A stretch of DNA of 61,374 bases from an uncultured Clostridia bacterium (lineage in GTDB: Bacteria > Bacillota > Clostridia > TANB77 > CAG-508), in the NCBI GenBank assembly GCA_944391755.1, contig CALXUT010000039.1, forward strand, positions 1-61,374. The letters are read 5' to 3'. The notes beneath the pieces are model-generated. The model was not told the DNA's origin and did not search any database. It worked only from the letters and a program-made list of their open reading frames with translations. Below, piece after piece: positions 1 to 11,401 of the stretch; the stretch's first letter is position 1; each line of letters opens with the position of its first letter. Position numbers and translations under genes: made by a program.

Positions 1-89
1 AAATAGCACAAATATTTTCCTACTCGCAATTGAATTTCATAAATTAAAAAATAAAAAAAATTGAAAATAAAAATTTTCAATTTTAAAAT

Positions 90-575
90 TTAGAATTTTT
101 TGTGTCTTAATTGTACCTTATAATCATTAGCAGAAACAACTGCTATAGCTTTTAACATATCATTAACACTTAAAGTTTCAGTTGTATCTAACCAAATTTG
201 AGAACCGCCCATACTAGCAGCATTTTCACTACATGGTATTTGCGTATCAAGTGTTATTTTGCCAGAATCTAAAGCTTCCATAATAAGTAATAGACTCATT
301 ATTTTTGTTACACTCGCAGGATGTAATTGTTCATGAATATTATATCCATAAAGAATTTCGCCACTATTTTGTTCTATTAAAATGGCAGAGCCAGCTTCTA
401 AGGAAAGTGAATTATTATCTATTATTTCAGAATTTGTATTTATTGAAGAAGAAGTTTCTATAGAATTATCTAATGTTGTCCATGTATAATTATTTGAAAA
501 ACAATAAGATTGTATTGTAATTGCGCATAAAGTTATAATTAATAATATTGATAAAAAAATTTTTGATTTTTGCAT
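90..575 (-). pseudogene. dacF: D-alanyl-D-alanine carboxypeptidase (DacF-like, peptidase S11), 5' part only, truncated after SAND
   Basis: Signal peptide, SxxK motif (PASVTK), MGGSQIWL and SxN motif (SAND). The ORF then ends in an unrelated tail (YKVQLRHKKF*) at 161 aa, against roughly 380-400 aa for the family. Confidence 0.8.
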
Positions 576-601
576 ATATTTCCTCCAATGATATTTTTAT
601 A

Positions 602-629
602 AGTATATGCAAATTTTTTGAAATTATGA
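602..629 (-). promoter_or_regulatory. Possible sigmaE-type sporulation promoter for dacF
   Basis: Minus strand reads TCATA-15 nt-CATATACT; the spacer is one base short of the usual value. Confidence 0.3.
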
Positions 630-723
630 ATCTCAGACTTTGGGGACGGTCCTTGAATCGGAAAATAGGGACAGACTTTTTGGTTCATGTTAAGCTCTGT
701 GGTTTTATTGTGTGAGATTAAAA
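628..723. repeat. REP-like intergenic element with two GGGAC(A/G)G(T/A)C(C/T)TT units
   Basis: ggggacggtcctt at 642-654 and gggacagacttt at 668-679, flanked by aatctca...tgagatt. The same motif recurs at 7286, 24159, 30253 and 30285. Confidence 0.6.
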
Positions 724-1011
724 GTTTTTGTTCTTATCGTTAATTAGATAAATTAAAGTTAGAAAAAAATGTTATCTATAAATGCCTTATGCTATTATCA
801 GTTTTCATAAAAGCAATTTGCTAACAATAAATATCAACATTCATATTCACCTAGAACACTTGCTTTTCATGTCTATTTTTGATATATTTTGGATAAAAGA
901 TTTCATTAAGTTATCTAATTAACGAAAATCTTATTGAAAACCAAAGCAATATATATTATAATAAAATTGTGCATATAAAAAATATACGCACATAAAGAAC
1001 GAAGGAAGAAT

Positions 1012-4000
1012 ATGAAGGGGTTACAATTCTATAAAAGTGAAAAAAAAGAAAAGGGAGCAATTACACTATTTGTGTTATTAGCTTGCTTATTTTTTGTATT
1101 TATATTAACAGGAGTCTATTTATCATTATTAAATAGAGCCCAAGTACAAGAACAGGAAGTACAACAAATACATGACAATTATGCAAAAGATTTAGATCGA
1201 GTAGATGAAATATATGAAGAATTAGCAAAATCAACAATTGTAACATTAAGGCAAGATCCAAGTAATGGAACATGGACGAAAGATAATTTATATGGAGAAA
1301 TTACATTAGATACAAGTGTAACAGGGAAGGCTGTAGAGAAATATCAGTATTCAGAAAATGGAGTAATATGGAAAGATATACCTGGAAAACTTGAATTAAA
1401 TTATACAACGACATTTCCTATGTCAGGAAATAAACCAGAATGGATAAGTGAACCTAAAAGTGATAGTGATTATTATTTTGAGATAGATGAAAGCACAAAT
1501 TCATTGAAACCAAATAACTCAGGAATACATAATTCAACAGCAGAAAGTTATTTTGAAATAGATTTGACTGATTATCCAGAAGCAGAATTAGAAATAACTA
1601 TAAATGCAACAATTTCATGTGAAATAAATTATTATGATTATGGAATAGCTGCTATAATAAGTGAAGATACAGAACAAGAAATAATAAGAGTATGTGGAGA
1701 AACAATGACAGATGATTATACAACCACAATAAAAGGAGGAGAGAAATATTATTTATATATAGGATATATAAAAGATTCAATTGATGAAGAAGCATTTCAA
1801 GACACATTTACAATAAATAAAATAACACTAAAATCAGAAGAAATAGGAGATGGAATAAGATTTAATAATTATGCAAAAACAGATAATAAGGTAGTATTTA
1901 CATTAAATAATGATATAGAAAAAGAAATATATTTAAGAGCAGTATATACAGACAGTACTACAAGTAAATATGGAGATAAAACATCAATAAAGATAGATAA
2001 AAAAGAACCAGTAATAGAAAAAGCAGAACCAGTAATAACATCAAAAGAAGAAGCAAAAATAGAAGTAAAAGCAACAGATAAAGGCTCAGGATTAAAAGGA
2101 TATTATATAAGTACAGAAGATACACCTCCAACAGAAAGTAGTAATTGGATAGAACAAACAATGAATGAATTTACTATTGAAGATTTAATAACAAATACAA
2201 CATATTATTTATGGACTATAGATAAAGTAGGAAATATATCTCAAAGACAAGATATAGTAATAGGAATAGCAAATTATTTAGTAGATTATAGAATAACAAC
2301 AGAAACACTAGCAGAAGCAATAACGGTGGCATCAGATGGATCAATAATAAAATTATTAGGAGATTATACAGATACAAGTACAGCAACATTTAATAAAAGT
2401 GTAACATTTGATGTGCAAAGCTATACATTAACGAGAAGTTCAACCATAACAGTAAGTAGTGGTAAAACGGTAGAAATAACAGGAACAGGAAAAATAACAA
2501 GTGGAACAAGTAGTATATATACTATAACAAATAATGGAACATTAACAGTAAGTAATAGTATAACAATAGAGAATAATTCTACATCAACAAGTTATGCACC
2601 AATATACAACAACTATAGTTCAGCAATCATTAATATAGATGATAATGTACAAATCAATGGTTACTATAGAGGAATTTATAATTATAATGGAACATTAAAT
2701 GTAAATGGAGGAAAGATAGAAGCAACATATTCAAGTAGTAGCGCATATGGAATATATAATTATAGTAGAACAACTGTAAAACTATATATAAATGGAGGAG
2801 AAGTTAAAGGATATTATGGAGTATATAATGGAAGTTCTTCAACTATGGAAATGACAGGAGGAAAAGTAATAGGAACAGGAGCATATGGAGTATATGCATA
2901 TGGAACGACAAATATATATGGAGGAAGAATAGAAGGAAAGACATATGGAATATATGGATATTCATCAAATAAGATAACAATAGGAAGACAGGAAGACGGA
3001 TTAAGTGTTACAAATCCAGCAATCTATGGAGAAACATATGGAGTTGGTATGGGCAATTCTAATTATAATTTTAATTTTTATAATGGAGTATTAATAGGAA
3101 ATACAAGACAAACAACTTATAATGGAAGTATAATTCCAAGAACAGAATATATGCCATATACATATTTTACAGAAAATGATACAAAGTATCATACGATACT
3201 AGCAAAGGCAGTAGAAAATATAACAATGGAAGCAACACCAATTGAATTTACAAATGGAGATGTAACAGTAACTATAACATATCCATATAATAATGATACA
3301 AAACAGTATAGTGAAGATGGAATAGCATGGCAAGATGCAGACCAATATATGCAAGAAGTAATCATAACAGAAAATAAAAAAGTATATGCAAGGACACTAA
3401 ATGAATCAGGAGTAGTAACAGATGAAGAACAAATAGAAATAAATAATATAGATAAAGAAAAACCAACAGCAAGTGTATCGACAACACAAACAAATTATGT
3501 AGTAACAAATTCAAATGGAACGATAGATTTAACATTAACACTTACGGCAAATGATACAGGAGTAAGTAGATTAGATAAAGTACAATATGCATGGGCAGGA
3601 GAAGGAGAAGAAATAAAATATATAGATTTTGAAAGTACAGGAACAACAATAACAAAAAATAGTTTAGGAATAGGGCAATATAATTTATATTTTAATGTGA
3701 CAGATAAAGCAGGAAATAAAGCAGATTTCCAACAAATAAGATATAATGTAAAATATGAAGAACCAGTATGTAAGATAGGAAGTATAACATATACAACAGT
3801 ACAAGCTGCAGTAGATGCATGTAGTAAAACAGCAGGAGATACACAAACGACAATAGAAATGTTAAAAAGTACAGATGAAGAATTTGAAACATATGAAGGA
3901 CAAAATATCATATTAGATTTAAAAGGATATACAGTAGGAAGCTCAAATGCAGAAATACCTCTCTGTATAAACAATGGAACATTTACATTAGGAGATAATA

Positions 4001-7000
4001 GTACAGAAATAGAATATGATCTACCAACAATCTATGGATATAAAGTAGGAATAGAAAATAACAATATATTTAATTTCTATGACGGTAAGATTCAAGGAAT
4101 AACAGCAATACAGGGTGACGCAACAAATACACCAGAAGGATACGGACCAGTATCTACAGGGTATGAAAATGAAATAACAACTGTCCAATTAGGAGTTATA
4201 GAAGGATATGAAGCGAGAATAGAATGGGTATATTATACAAAAGTACAAGAAGCAGTAAATGCAACAAAAAAGTATAGTAATGAGTATAAAGATACTGTAA
4301 CAATAATAAAAGATATACAATTAAAGGAAACTTTAGAAGTAAATGAAAATAAAGATATAATATTAGATTTATGTGGTTATACATTAACTATATCTCCAGG
4401 TAATAATACTTTAGTAAATAATTATGGGAATTTGGAGATAACAGATAGTAGTATAGAACAAACCGGAAAATTAACAATAGATTCGACAAGTAACACTTAT
4501 GGAATCTATAATAATGATATTGGGAATATAAAGATAACAGGGGGAACAATAAATTGTAATAGTTATGGAATCTATAATAGTGGTATAGGAAATATAATAA
4601 TAGAAGGAGGAACAGTAAATAGTGCCTCTTCTGGAATCTATAATAATAATATAGGGAATATACAAATAATTGGTGGAGTAATAAATAATAGTGGTAGTTC
4701 TGGGATTTATAATAAAAGTACAGGAAATGTAAAAGTAATAGGAGGAACAATTAGTGTACACTATTCTGGAATTTATAACTATAGTACAGGAAGTATTGAA
4801 GTAACAGGAGGGATAATAAGCAGTAATACAAGTGGTGTTAGTTCTAGTAAGGGGATTTATAATCATAGTTCGGGAACAGTAACTGTTACAGGAGGAAACA
4901 TAAATAGTAGCAATGCTAGTGGTAATAGTTATGGAATATATAATAGTAATAATGGAAACATAATAATAGGAATAAAAGGAGATGAAATAGTATCTCAAGA
5001 AGAACCATATATAAAAGGAGAGTATACGGGAACATCAACTAATAGTGTTGGATACGGAATATATAATACAAAAGGTAAACTATATTTTTATGATGGAAAA
5101 ATAGAAGGAACAACTAAGGCTATATATGAATTGATAACAGAATATGAAGATAAGACAACTCTAAATTATAATGAAAATGAAACTATACTAACATTATCAA
5201 CGACATTAATACCGGTGGCACAAATAGGAACAACTACATATTTAACATTAGAAGATGCAATAAATGCAGTAGGAAATGAACAAACAACAATTGATCTATT
5301 AAGGAGTATAGTTTATACCGAAAATGATAAGATAATAACAATACCTAATACTGATAATATAGTATTAAATCTAAATGGCTATAGTATAACCTCAGATATG
5401 AAAGAAAAAACAATAGAAAATAATGGAATATTAGAAATAATAGATACAAGTGTAGAGCAAACTGGAACTATAGTTGCAACAAGTGAAGAAACTTTAACAA
5501 ATTTAAACGGAGGAAAATTAACAATATCAAGTGGAATAATAGAAAATAGGACAAAAACGGTAATATATAATGAAGGAGAACTCATAGTGAGTGGAGGGAA
5601 TGTAGATAGTTGTTCTAATTCTTCTAACTATAGTTATGGAATTTATAACAATAGTACGGGAAGTATAAAAGTATTAGGAGGAACGGTAAATGGTAGTAGC
5701 AATACTATTAACAGTAGTTATAGTTATGGAATTTATAATAATGATGAAGGCATAATAGAGATAACTTCGGGAACAGTAAGTAGTGTATGTAATAGTAATA
5801 GATATGGAAGAAGTTATGCTTTATATAATAATAGTATTGGAAATATAAAAATAACTGGAGGATTAGTAAGTAGTAGTTGTATTGTTAAATAGTACAGGCA
5901 ATGTAGTAATAACATCTGGAGAAATAAGTAGTAGTGGAGGCGTTGCTAGTTATGGAATATATAACAATAATATAGGAAATATAATCTTAGGAGTAAAAGA
6001 CGATGGAATAATATCTCAAGAAAATCCAAAAGTAACAAGTGGAATACATAATAATTCTGGAAAATTATTTTTTTATGATGGAAAAATAACAAGCACATCT
6101 AATACAATAATAGGAGATATAGTTGAAATAGAGAATTATACAGAAATAAATATAACTGATGAAATAACAAATAAAGTATTAACATTGCAACGAACAACAA
6201 CAAATGCAGCAAGAGTAAACGGGACAGAATATGACTCAATACAGAAAGCAGTAATTGCATGTGGAACGGAAGAAAGTACGATAGAAATATTAAGAGATTC
6301 AGATCCAGGAGCGACTGTAATAATTGAAGAAAATCAGAATATAACAATAGACCTAAACGGATATATAATCAACAATTACACAGAAATGCAAAATAAAGGA
6401 ACATTAACAATAAAAGATAGTTCATCTGGAGTATACAATAGTGTAAGTGGAACCGTAAATGTAGAAAGTGGAACAGTTAGTTCAAATACATACGGAATAT
6501 ATAATTATTCAAGTTCATCAACAGCAAATGTGAATGGAGGAACTATTTCATCAAATACATATGGAATTTATAATGCCGGAGGAACAACCAACATAAAAGA
6601 AGGCGCAGAAATACAATCAGATATAGGAATATATGCAGCAGGGGGAAGAATCAACATAGGAGAAACAGGAACAATGAATTCGAACAGTCCAATAATTACA
6701 GGAGAAACATATGGGTTATCAGTAACAACAGCTGGAATAGTATATATGTATGACGGTCAAATCAAAGGAAAAACAGGAGCAACCCAAGGATTTATCACCT
6801 ATACAGAAAGTGGATATGCAGTAGCGAATAAAATAGAAGGAGAATATTTTGTAGACTATTTGGCATTAGCAGGAACAGTAAACACAGTAGCAGAAGTAAA
6901 TGGAGTAAGTTATTCAAACCTACAATCAGCAATCAATAGTATCATAGGAGAAGAAACACAAACTATCAAATTAACAAATATTGATGCAACAGGAAGTGGA

Positions 7001-7267
7001 GTAGGAAAAATAACAAGTACAACCGGAACAGCTATTATAAATAGTGGAACATTAACATTAGGACAAGATGATGGAACAGTAAATCAAGACTTCATTACCA
7101 TAGAAGGACGAATATATGGAATAGAGACCACAGGAGAATTAAACTTCTATGATGGAACCATCAATGGAAGTTCAGCAGTAAGTGGAACAGTAACAAATAG
7201 ACCCTCTGGATATGTCATCAGAACAACGACAGTAAATGGAAAAGAAAGATATTATTTAACTATCTAA
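1012..7267 (+). CDS. Giant surface protein (~2084 aa if joined): pilin/PilX-like N-terminal helix, Ig/Fn3-like domains, beta-helix (YGIYN/TGG) repeats; split by a +1 frameshift into ORFs 1012..5892 and 5882..7267
   Basis: N-terminus KEKKG-AITLFVLLACLFFVFILTGV and many YGIYN..GG repeats. Removing one A at 5887-5889 gives the continuous reading SSSC-IVNSTGNVVITSG. Confidence 0.75.
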
Positions 7268-7285
7268 TTTTAAAATTTAAAAACA

Positions 7286-7328
7286 GGGACGGACCTTTTC
7301 GTAAAAATTTTACAGAAAGGTCCATCCC
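7286..7328. terminator. Bidirectional hairpin built from the REP-like motif, between convergent genes
   Basis: gggacggacctttt ... aaaggtccatccc inverted repeat. Confidence 0.65.
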
Positions 7329-7340
7329 TAAAATTAAAAT

Positions 7341-7970
7341 TTAAAAAAGCAAAGTAATTTTATTACCATTTTTCTTAATAAAACCCTCGTCGATAAGAAG
7401 TTTTAGCTCTCTCATCATAGCACTTCTATCAATACTCAAAAAATCAGCCAAGTCTGTATAAGAAAAAGGTATAGAAAAAGTTTTATGCAAAGAACGTTTG
7501 GAAAGTATATCAAAATAGGAAAGAATCTTACCTCTAATATTTCTTTTTGTTAAAAGTTCAATACGCAAATTCAAATTAATAATTTGATCTAAAAATAATT
7601 CACTTAAACTATTCACAAGGTTCTTATGAAAATCACAATTACGTCTACATTTATTAAAAAGAGAGTCATATGTAAAGAATAAAACTTCTGAATTTCTTTT
7701 AGCGACAACAAAAAGTTCATTGTTTGTATTAGCTGGATAAAAAACTTCTCCAAAAATATCATTTTCTTCAAAATTACCAATAATGGTTTTATTTCCATTA
7801 AAATCATATCGGATTAATTCAACTTTTCCAGTCAATAAAATACATATTTGATTACGTTTTTCAATATAGGTAGTAACCGTTTCTCCTTTTACAAATTTTT
7901 TTATTTGAACTTTATTGCAACTATGTTTAAAATTTTCTATAAAAATTTTTTTATCAAAATTAGTATCCAT
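7341..7970 (-). CDS. Crp/Fnr family transcriptional regulator
   Basis: cNMP-binding-like domain (LLTGKVELIRYD..GNKTII...DIFGE) and C-terminal HTH (LADFLSIDRSAMMREL). Start placed at the ATG at 7970, behind GGAGG. Confidence 0.9.
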   Translation of the reverse strand: MDTNFDKKIFIENFKHSCNKVQIKKFVKGETVTTYIEKRNQICILLTGKVELIRYDFNGNKTIIGNFEENDIFGEVFYPANTNNELFVVAKRNSEVLFFTYDSLFNKCRRNCDFHKNLVNSLSELFLDQIINLNLRIELLTKRNIRGKILSYFDILSKRSLHKTFSIPFSYTDLADFLSIDRSAMMRELKLLIDEGFIKKNGNKITLLF

Positions 7971-8019
7971 AAAATAACCTCCAAAATTATCAAAAACTAG
8001 CCTCTCTAAATGTACAAAA

Positions 8020-8026
8020 TTCGACA
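8020..8026. promoter_or_regulatory. Spo0A box (TGTCGAA on minus strand) upstream of the Crp/Fnr gene
   Basis: Exact TTCGACA heptamer in the intergenic region. Confidence 0.4.
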
Positions 8027-8077
8027 TAATTATTATACGAAAGATTATGAAATTTCAACAAAATTATATTTCATTTT

Positions 8078-8093
8078 TGTTGCTTTTGCAACA
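8078..8093. promoter_or_regulatory. Crp/Fnr (HcpR-type) palindromic site TGTTGC-N4-GCAACA
   Basis: Perfect 6-4-6 palindrome between the divergent crp/fnr and nrdD genes; TATAAT lies at 8114-8119. Confidence 0.65.
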
Positions 8094-8236
8094 GTTTTTT
8101 AAAAAATTAAAGATATAATTAGGACAGAAAAAGCAAATAAAATTTTTAAAAAATGTGTCTTAAAAATTAAAATTTGCAATTTTATTCTAAAGCGTAACTT
8201 GACCGAAAAGTAGTTAAATCAAGTGGTTGAGTGAAT

Positions 8237-8246
8237 CAATATATTG
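8237..8246. promoter_or_regulatory. Putative NrdR box core
   Basis: CAATATATTG palindrome ~70 nt upstream of the nrdD start; matches the CwAtATaTwG core. Confidence 0.55.
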
Positions 8247-8316
8247 CCCTTAATAAATTTTAAGTACAATTTTAGAGCTTAAGAAGAATGAAAAGAAAAT
8301 CGAAGGAGGAAATGTA

Positions 8317-10443
8317 ATGAAAGTAATCAAAAGAGATGGGCGAATTATTGACTTTGACAGGTCAAAAATCGAAATTGCAATCGAAAAAGCAAACAAAGAA
8401 GTAAGAGGAAAAGAAAGAGCTACTAAAGAGGAAATTAAGGAAATTATAACCTATATAGAGGACTTAGATAAAAAAAGAATATTAGTAGAAGATATTCAAG
8501 ACATCATTGAACAAAAACTAATGGAGGTTGACAAATATGAATTAGCTAAAAAATACATTGTATATAGATATACAAGAGCATTAGTTAGAAAATCAAATAC
8601 AACAGATGAATCTATATTAGGATTAATAAGAAATGAAAATAAAGAATTAGCTGAAGAAAACTCAAATAAAAATACAATGTTAGCTTCAACACAAAGAGAT
8701 TACATAGCAGGAGAAGTATCAAGAGATTTAACAAGAAGAATATTATTACCAGAAAAAATATCAAAAGCACATGAAGACGGAATCTTACATTTCCATGACG
8801 CAGATTACTTTGTACAACCAATTTTCAATTGTTGTTTAATCAATATAGGTGATATGTTAGATAATGGAACAGCAATGAATGGAAAAATGATAGAAACTCC
8901 AAAAAGTTTCCAAGTTGCTTGTACAGTTACTACACAAATAATAGCAGCAGTAGCAAGTAACCAATATGGTGGACAATCTGTAGATTTAAAACATCTAGGA
9001 AAATATTTAAGAAGAAGCCATGATAAATTCAAGAAAAAACTTACAGAAAAATATGGTGGAAAAGTATCAAAAGATATCATTGAACAAATGGTAAATGATA
9101 GAGTAAAAGAAGAACTATCAGCAGGGGTTCAAACCATACAATATCAAATAAATACACTTATGACAACTAATGGACAATCACCATTTGTAACACTATTCCT
9201 ACATTTAGAACCAGATGATGAATATATAGAAGAAAATGCTATGATTATAGAAGAAGTTCTAAAACAAAGAATACAAGGAATAAAAAATGAAGCAGGTGTA
9301 TATGTAACACCAGCATTTCCAAAGCTAGTATATGTTTTAGATGAACATAACTGCCTAAAAGGTGGAAAATATGATTATTTAACAAGATTAGCTGTAAAAT
9401 GTTCAGCTAAAAGAATGTATCCTGACTATATATCAGCTAAAAAAATGAAAGAGAACTATGAAGGAAATGTATTTAGTCCAATGGGATGCAGAAGCTTCTT
9501 AGCACCATGGAAAGATGAAAATGGAAATTACAAATTTGAAGGAAGATTTAATCAAGGTGTAGTAAGTATAAACTTACCACAAATAGGAATTATTGCAAAG
9601 GGTGATGAAGAAAAATTCTGGAAACTATTTGATGAAAGACTAGAAATTTGTAAAGAAGCATTAATGTGTAGACATTATGCATTATTAGGAACATCATCAG
9701 ATATATCTCCTGTTCATTGGCAAAATGGAGCAATCGCTCGTTTGAAAAAAGGAGAGAAAATTGATAAATACTTATTTGGAGGATACTCAAGTATATCACT
9801 AGGATATATAGGAATCTATGAATTGACAAAATTAATGAAAGGTGTATCTCATACAACAAAAGAAGGACATGATTTTGCTGTAAAAGTTATGAAACATCTT
9901 GAAGAAACCGTAAATAGATGGAAAAAAGAAACCAATATTGGATTTGCATTATATGGAACACCAGCAGAATCTTTATGCTATCGATTTGCTCGTATTGATA
10001 GAGAAAAATTTGGAGATATTCCAGATGTAACAGATAAAGGATATTATACAAACTCATACCATGTGGATGTTAGAGAAAAGATTGATGCATTTAATAAACT
10101 AAAATTTGAAAGTGAATTCCAAACATTATCAAAAGGTGGAGCTATCTCTTATGTAGAAATACCTAATATGAGAAATAATATAACTGCTTTAGAAGAAGTT
10201 GTTAAATTTATATATGATAATATTCAATATGCGGAATTTAATACAAAATCAGATTATTGCCATGTGTGTGGATATGATGGAGAAATGATTATCAATGATA
10301 AGAATGAATGGGAGTGCCCACAATGTGGTAATAAAGATCATAGCAAAATGAATGTTGTTCGTCGTACATGTGGATATTTAGGAGAAAATTTCTGGAATGT
10401 TGGAAAAACAAAAGAAATAAAATCAAGAGTTATGCATTTATAA
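8317..10443 (+). CDS. nrdD: Anaerobic ribonucleoside-triphosphate reductase (class III) with N-terminal ATP cone
   Basis: VIKRDG ATP cone, MGCRSFL, CHVCG/CPQCG zinc site and RRTCGYLG glycyl-radical motif. Confidence 0.97.
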   Translation: MKVIKRDGRIIDFDRSKIEIAIEKANKEVRGKERATKEEIKEIITYIEDLDKKRILVEDIQDIIEQKLMEVDKYELAKKYIVYRYTRALVRKSNTTDESILGLIRNENKELAEENSNKNTMLASTQRDYIAGEVSRDLTRRILLPEKISKAHEDGILHFHDADYFVQPIFNCCLINIGDMLDNGTAMNGKMIETPKSFQVACTVTTQIIAAVASNQYGGQSVDLKHLGKYLRRSHDKFKKKLTEKYGGKVSKDIIEQMVNDRVKEELSAGVQTIQYQINTLMTTNGQSPFVTLFLHLEPDDEYIEENAMIIEEVLKQRIQGIKNEAGVYVTPAFPKLVYVLDEHNCLKGGKYDYLTRLAVKCSAKRMYPDYISAKKMKENYEGNVFSPMGCRSFLAPWKDENGNYKFEGRFNQGVVSINLPQIGIIAKGDEEKFWKLFDERLEICKEALMCRHYALLGTSSDISPVHWQNGAIARLKKGEKIDKYLFGGYSSISLGYIGIYELTKLMKGVSHTTKEGHDFAVKVMKHLEETVNRWKKETNIGFALYGTPAESLCYRFARIDREKFGDIPDVTDKGYYTNSYHVDVREKIDAFNKLKFESEFQTLSKGGAISYVEIPNMRNNITALEEVVKFIYDNIQYAEFNTKSDYCHVCGYDGEMIINDKNEWECPQCGNKDHSKMNVVRRTCGYLGENFWNVGKTKEIKSRVMHL

Positions 10444-10451
10444 TAAAAATG

Positions 10452-10481
10452 AAGAAAAAAGGGAATTATCTCTTTTTTCTT
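10452..10481 (+). terminator. nrdD intrinsic terminator
   Basis: aagaaaaaaggga-attat-ctcttttttctt hairpin right after the stop codon. Confidence 0.6.
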
Positions 10482-10484
10482 TTT

Positions 10485-10573
10485 AAATAAAAGAGGTGGT
10501 TGCAATGAACCACCTATAAAGTCTTATATTCTGTAGGTACTAATATCAAAGATATTGCACTACTGAGTTATAA
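10485..10573 (-). ncRNA. Candidate ~90-nt small RNA downstream of the PemK-like gene
   Basis: Has its own TTGACA/TATAAT promoter, a 5' hairpin GUAGUGCAAUAUC-UUU-GAUAUUAGUACCUAC, a terminator AGGUGGUU-CAUUGC-AACCACCU-CUUUU, and no ORF. Confidence 0.55.
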
Positions 10574-10577
10574 CTTT

Positions 10578-10607
10578 ATTATAATATATTTTATGCAAAT
10601 TTGTCAA
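10578..10607 (-). promoter_or_regulatory. Consensus sigma70/sigmaA promoter just after the PemK-like stop codon
   Basis: TTGACA (10607-10602), 18-nt spacer, TATAAT (10583-10578). Confidence 0.7.
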
Positions 10608-10619
10608 ATATTATTCAAA

Positions 10620-11330
10620 TTATTTTATAAAAAGTTCCTTAATTTTTGCATCAATTAAGTCTAATGTGTTACTAGAAACTCTTAAATTTGCAAGTATATC
10701 ATTAGATGTTTTGGGGTCATATATTCTTTGCTTACTTATTGTAGTAATTTGAGATACTAAAGCAATACTTCCTTTTTTCATCTTTAAGATTTCTTTTTCT
10801 ACCTTTTTTATATACTTAAAATCGGTATTAAATTGTTCTACTTTTTCAGCAGGTAATTTCCATATGTTTTCATATTTCTTTGATAACTTTTGGGACATTT
10901 TGTCACATATTACTTTTAAATTTAAATAAATTTCATCGCCTAAATTAAGAGTAGAGCTATTATACTTTTTGTTTTCTTTTATTGAAGTTAATGGAATTAC
11001 TGTTAAGGTGCCAGATGATAATGCATTGTTTTTATCTAAAACGATACAATAATGTAATCCTCCTTCTTCATTTCCAACATTAAAACCTAAATTAGCTTTT
11101 ATTATACTACCACGTTTATATTTTTTTAAAAGTTTGGGATTAAAATTTTCTTCAGCTAAATTATATTTAGCAAAGTCTTCAAACCAAAAAGATAATAAAT
11201 TTGCTTTTTTTAAATTATTATTTTCTATATGATAGGTTAATAATGAGTCTAATTGATTTAATACTAATTGTTTGTGAGCTATAGTATTGATATATTCAGT
11301 TTTATTTTCTTCAATTTGTTTTTCCTCCAA
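10620..11330 (-). CDS. PemK/MazF-like toxin family protein, long form (~236 aa)
   Basis: RGSIIKANLGFNVGNEEGGLHYCIVL, TLTVIPLTS and ALVSQITTISKQRI match PemK/MazF motifs. TTG start at 11330, 8 nt after AAGGAG. Confidence 0.8.
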   Translation of the reverse strand: MEEKQIEENKTEYINTIAHKQLVLNQLDSLLTYHIENNNLKKANLLSFWFEDFAKYNLAEENFNPKLLKKYKRGSIIKANLGFNVGNEEGGLHYCIVLDKNNALSSGTLTVIPLTSIKENKKYNSSTLNLGDEIYLNLKVICDKMSQKLSKKYENIWKLPAEKVEQFNTDFKYIKKVEKEILKMKKGSIALVSQITTISKQRIYDPKTSNDILANLRVSSNTLDLIDAKIKELFIK

Positions 11331-11401
11331 TAATAACACTCCTTAAACTATATAATCTTTGAAAAAATAATTTTTATATATTTATATATTAAGAACTTTT
11401 G

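Noticed and set aside
1958-6347. Multiple minus-strand L/F/Y-rich ORFs (and similar ones across the window, e.g. 45127..45744, 58313..58828, 25455..26006)
   Set aside because: Expected shadows of A-rich coding strands; they overlap well-supported genes.
4440-6560. Recurring TATGGAATnTATAA units as a possible CRISPR or DGR repeat
   Set aside because: They are in-frame YGIYN codons with irregular spacing; there are no cas or reverse transcriptase genes and no A-specific TR/VR pair.
10492-10518. Plus-strand GAGGTGG plus ATG micro-ORF (MNHL*)
   Set aside because: Only four codons, fully explained as the arms of the minus-strand terminator.
11340-11401. Upstream repeat array of a classical type III (ToxIN-like) antitoxin
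   Set aside because: The leader is ~70 nt of AT-rich DNA with no tandem repeats or pseudoknot units.
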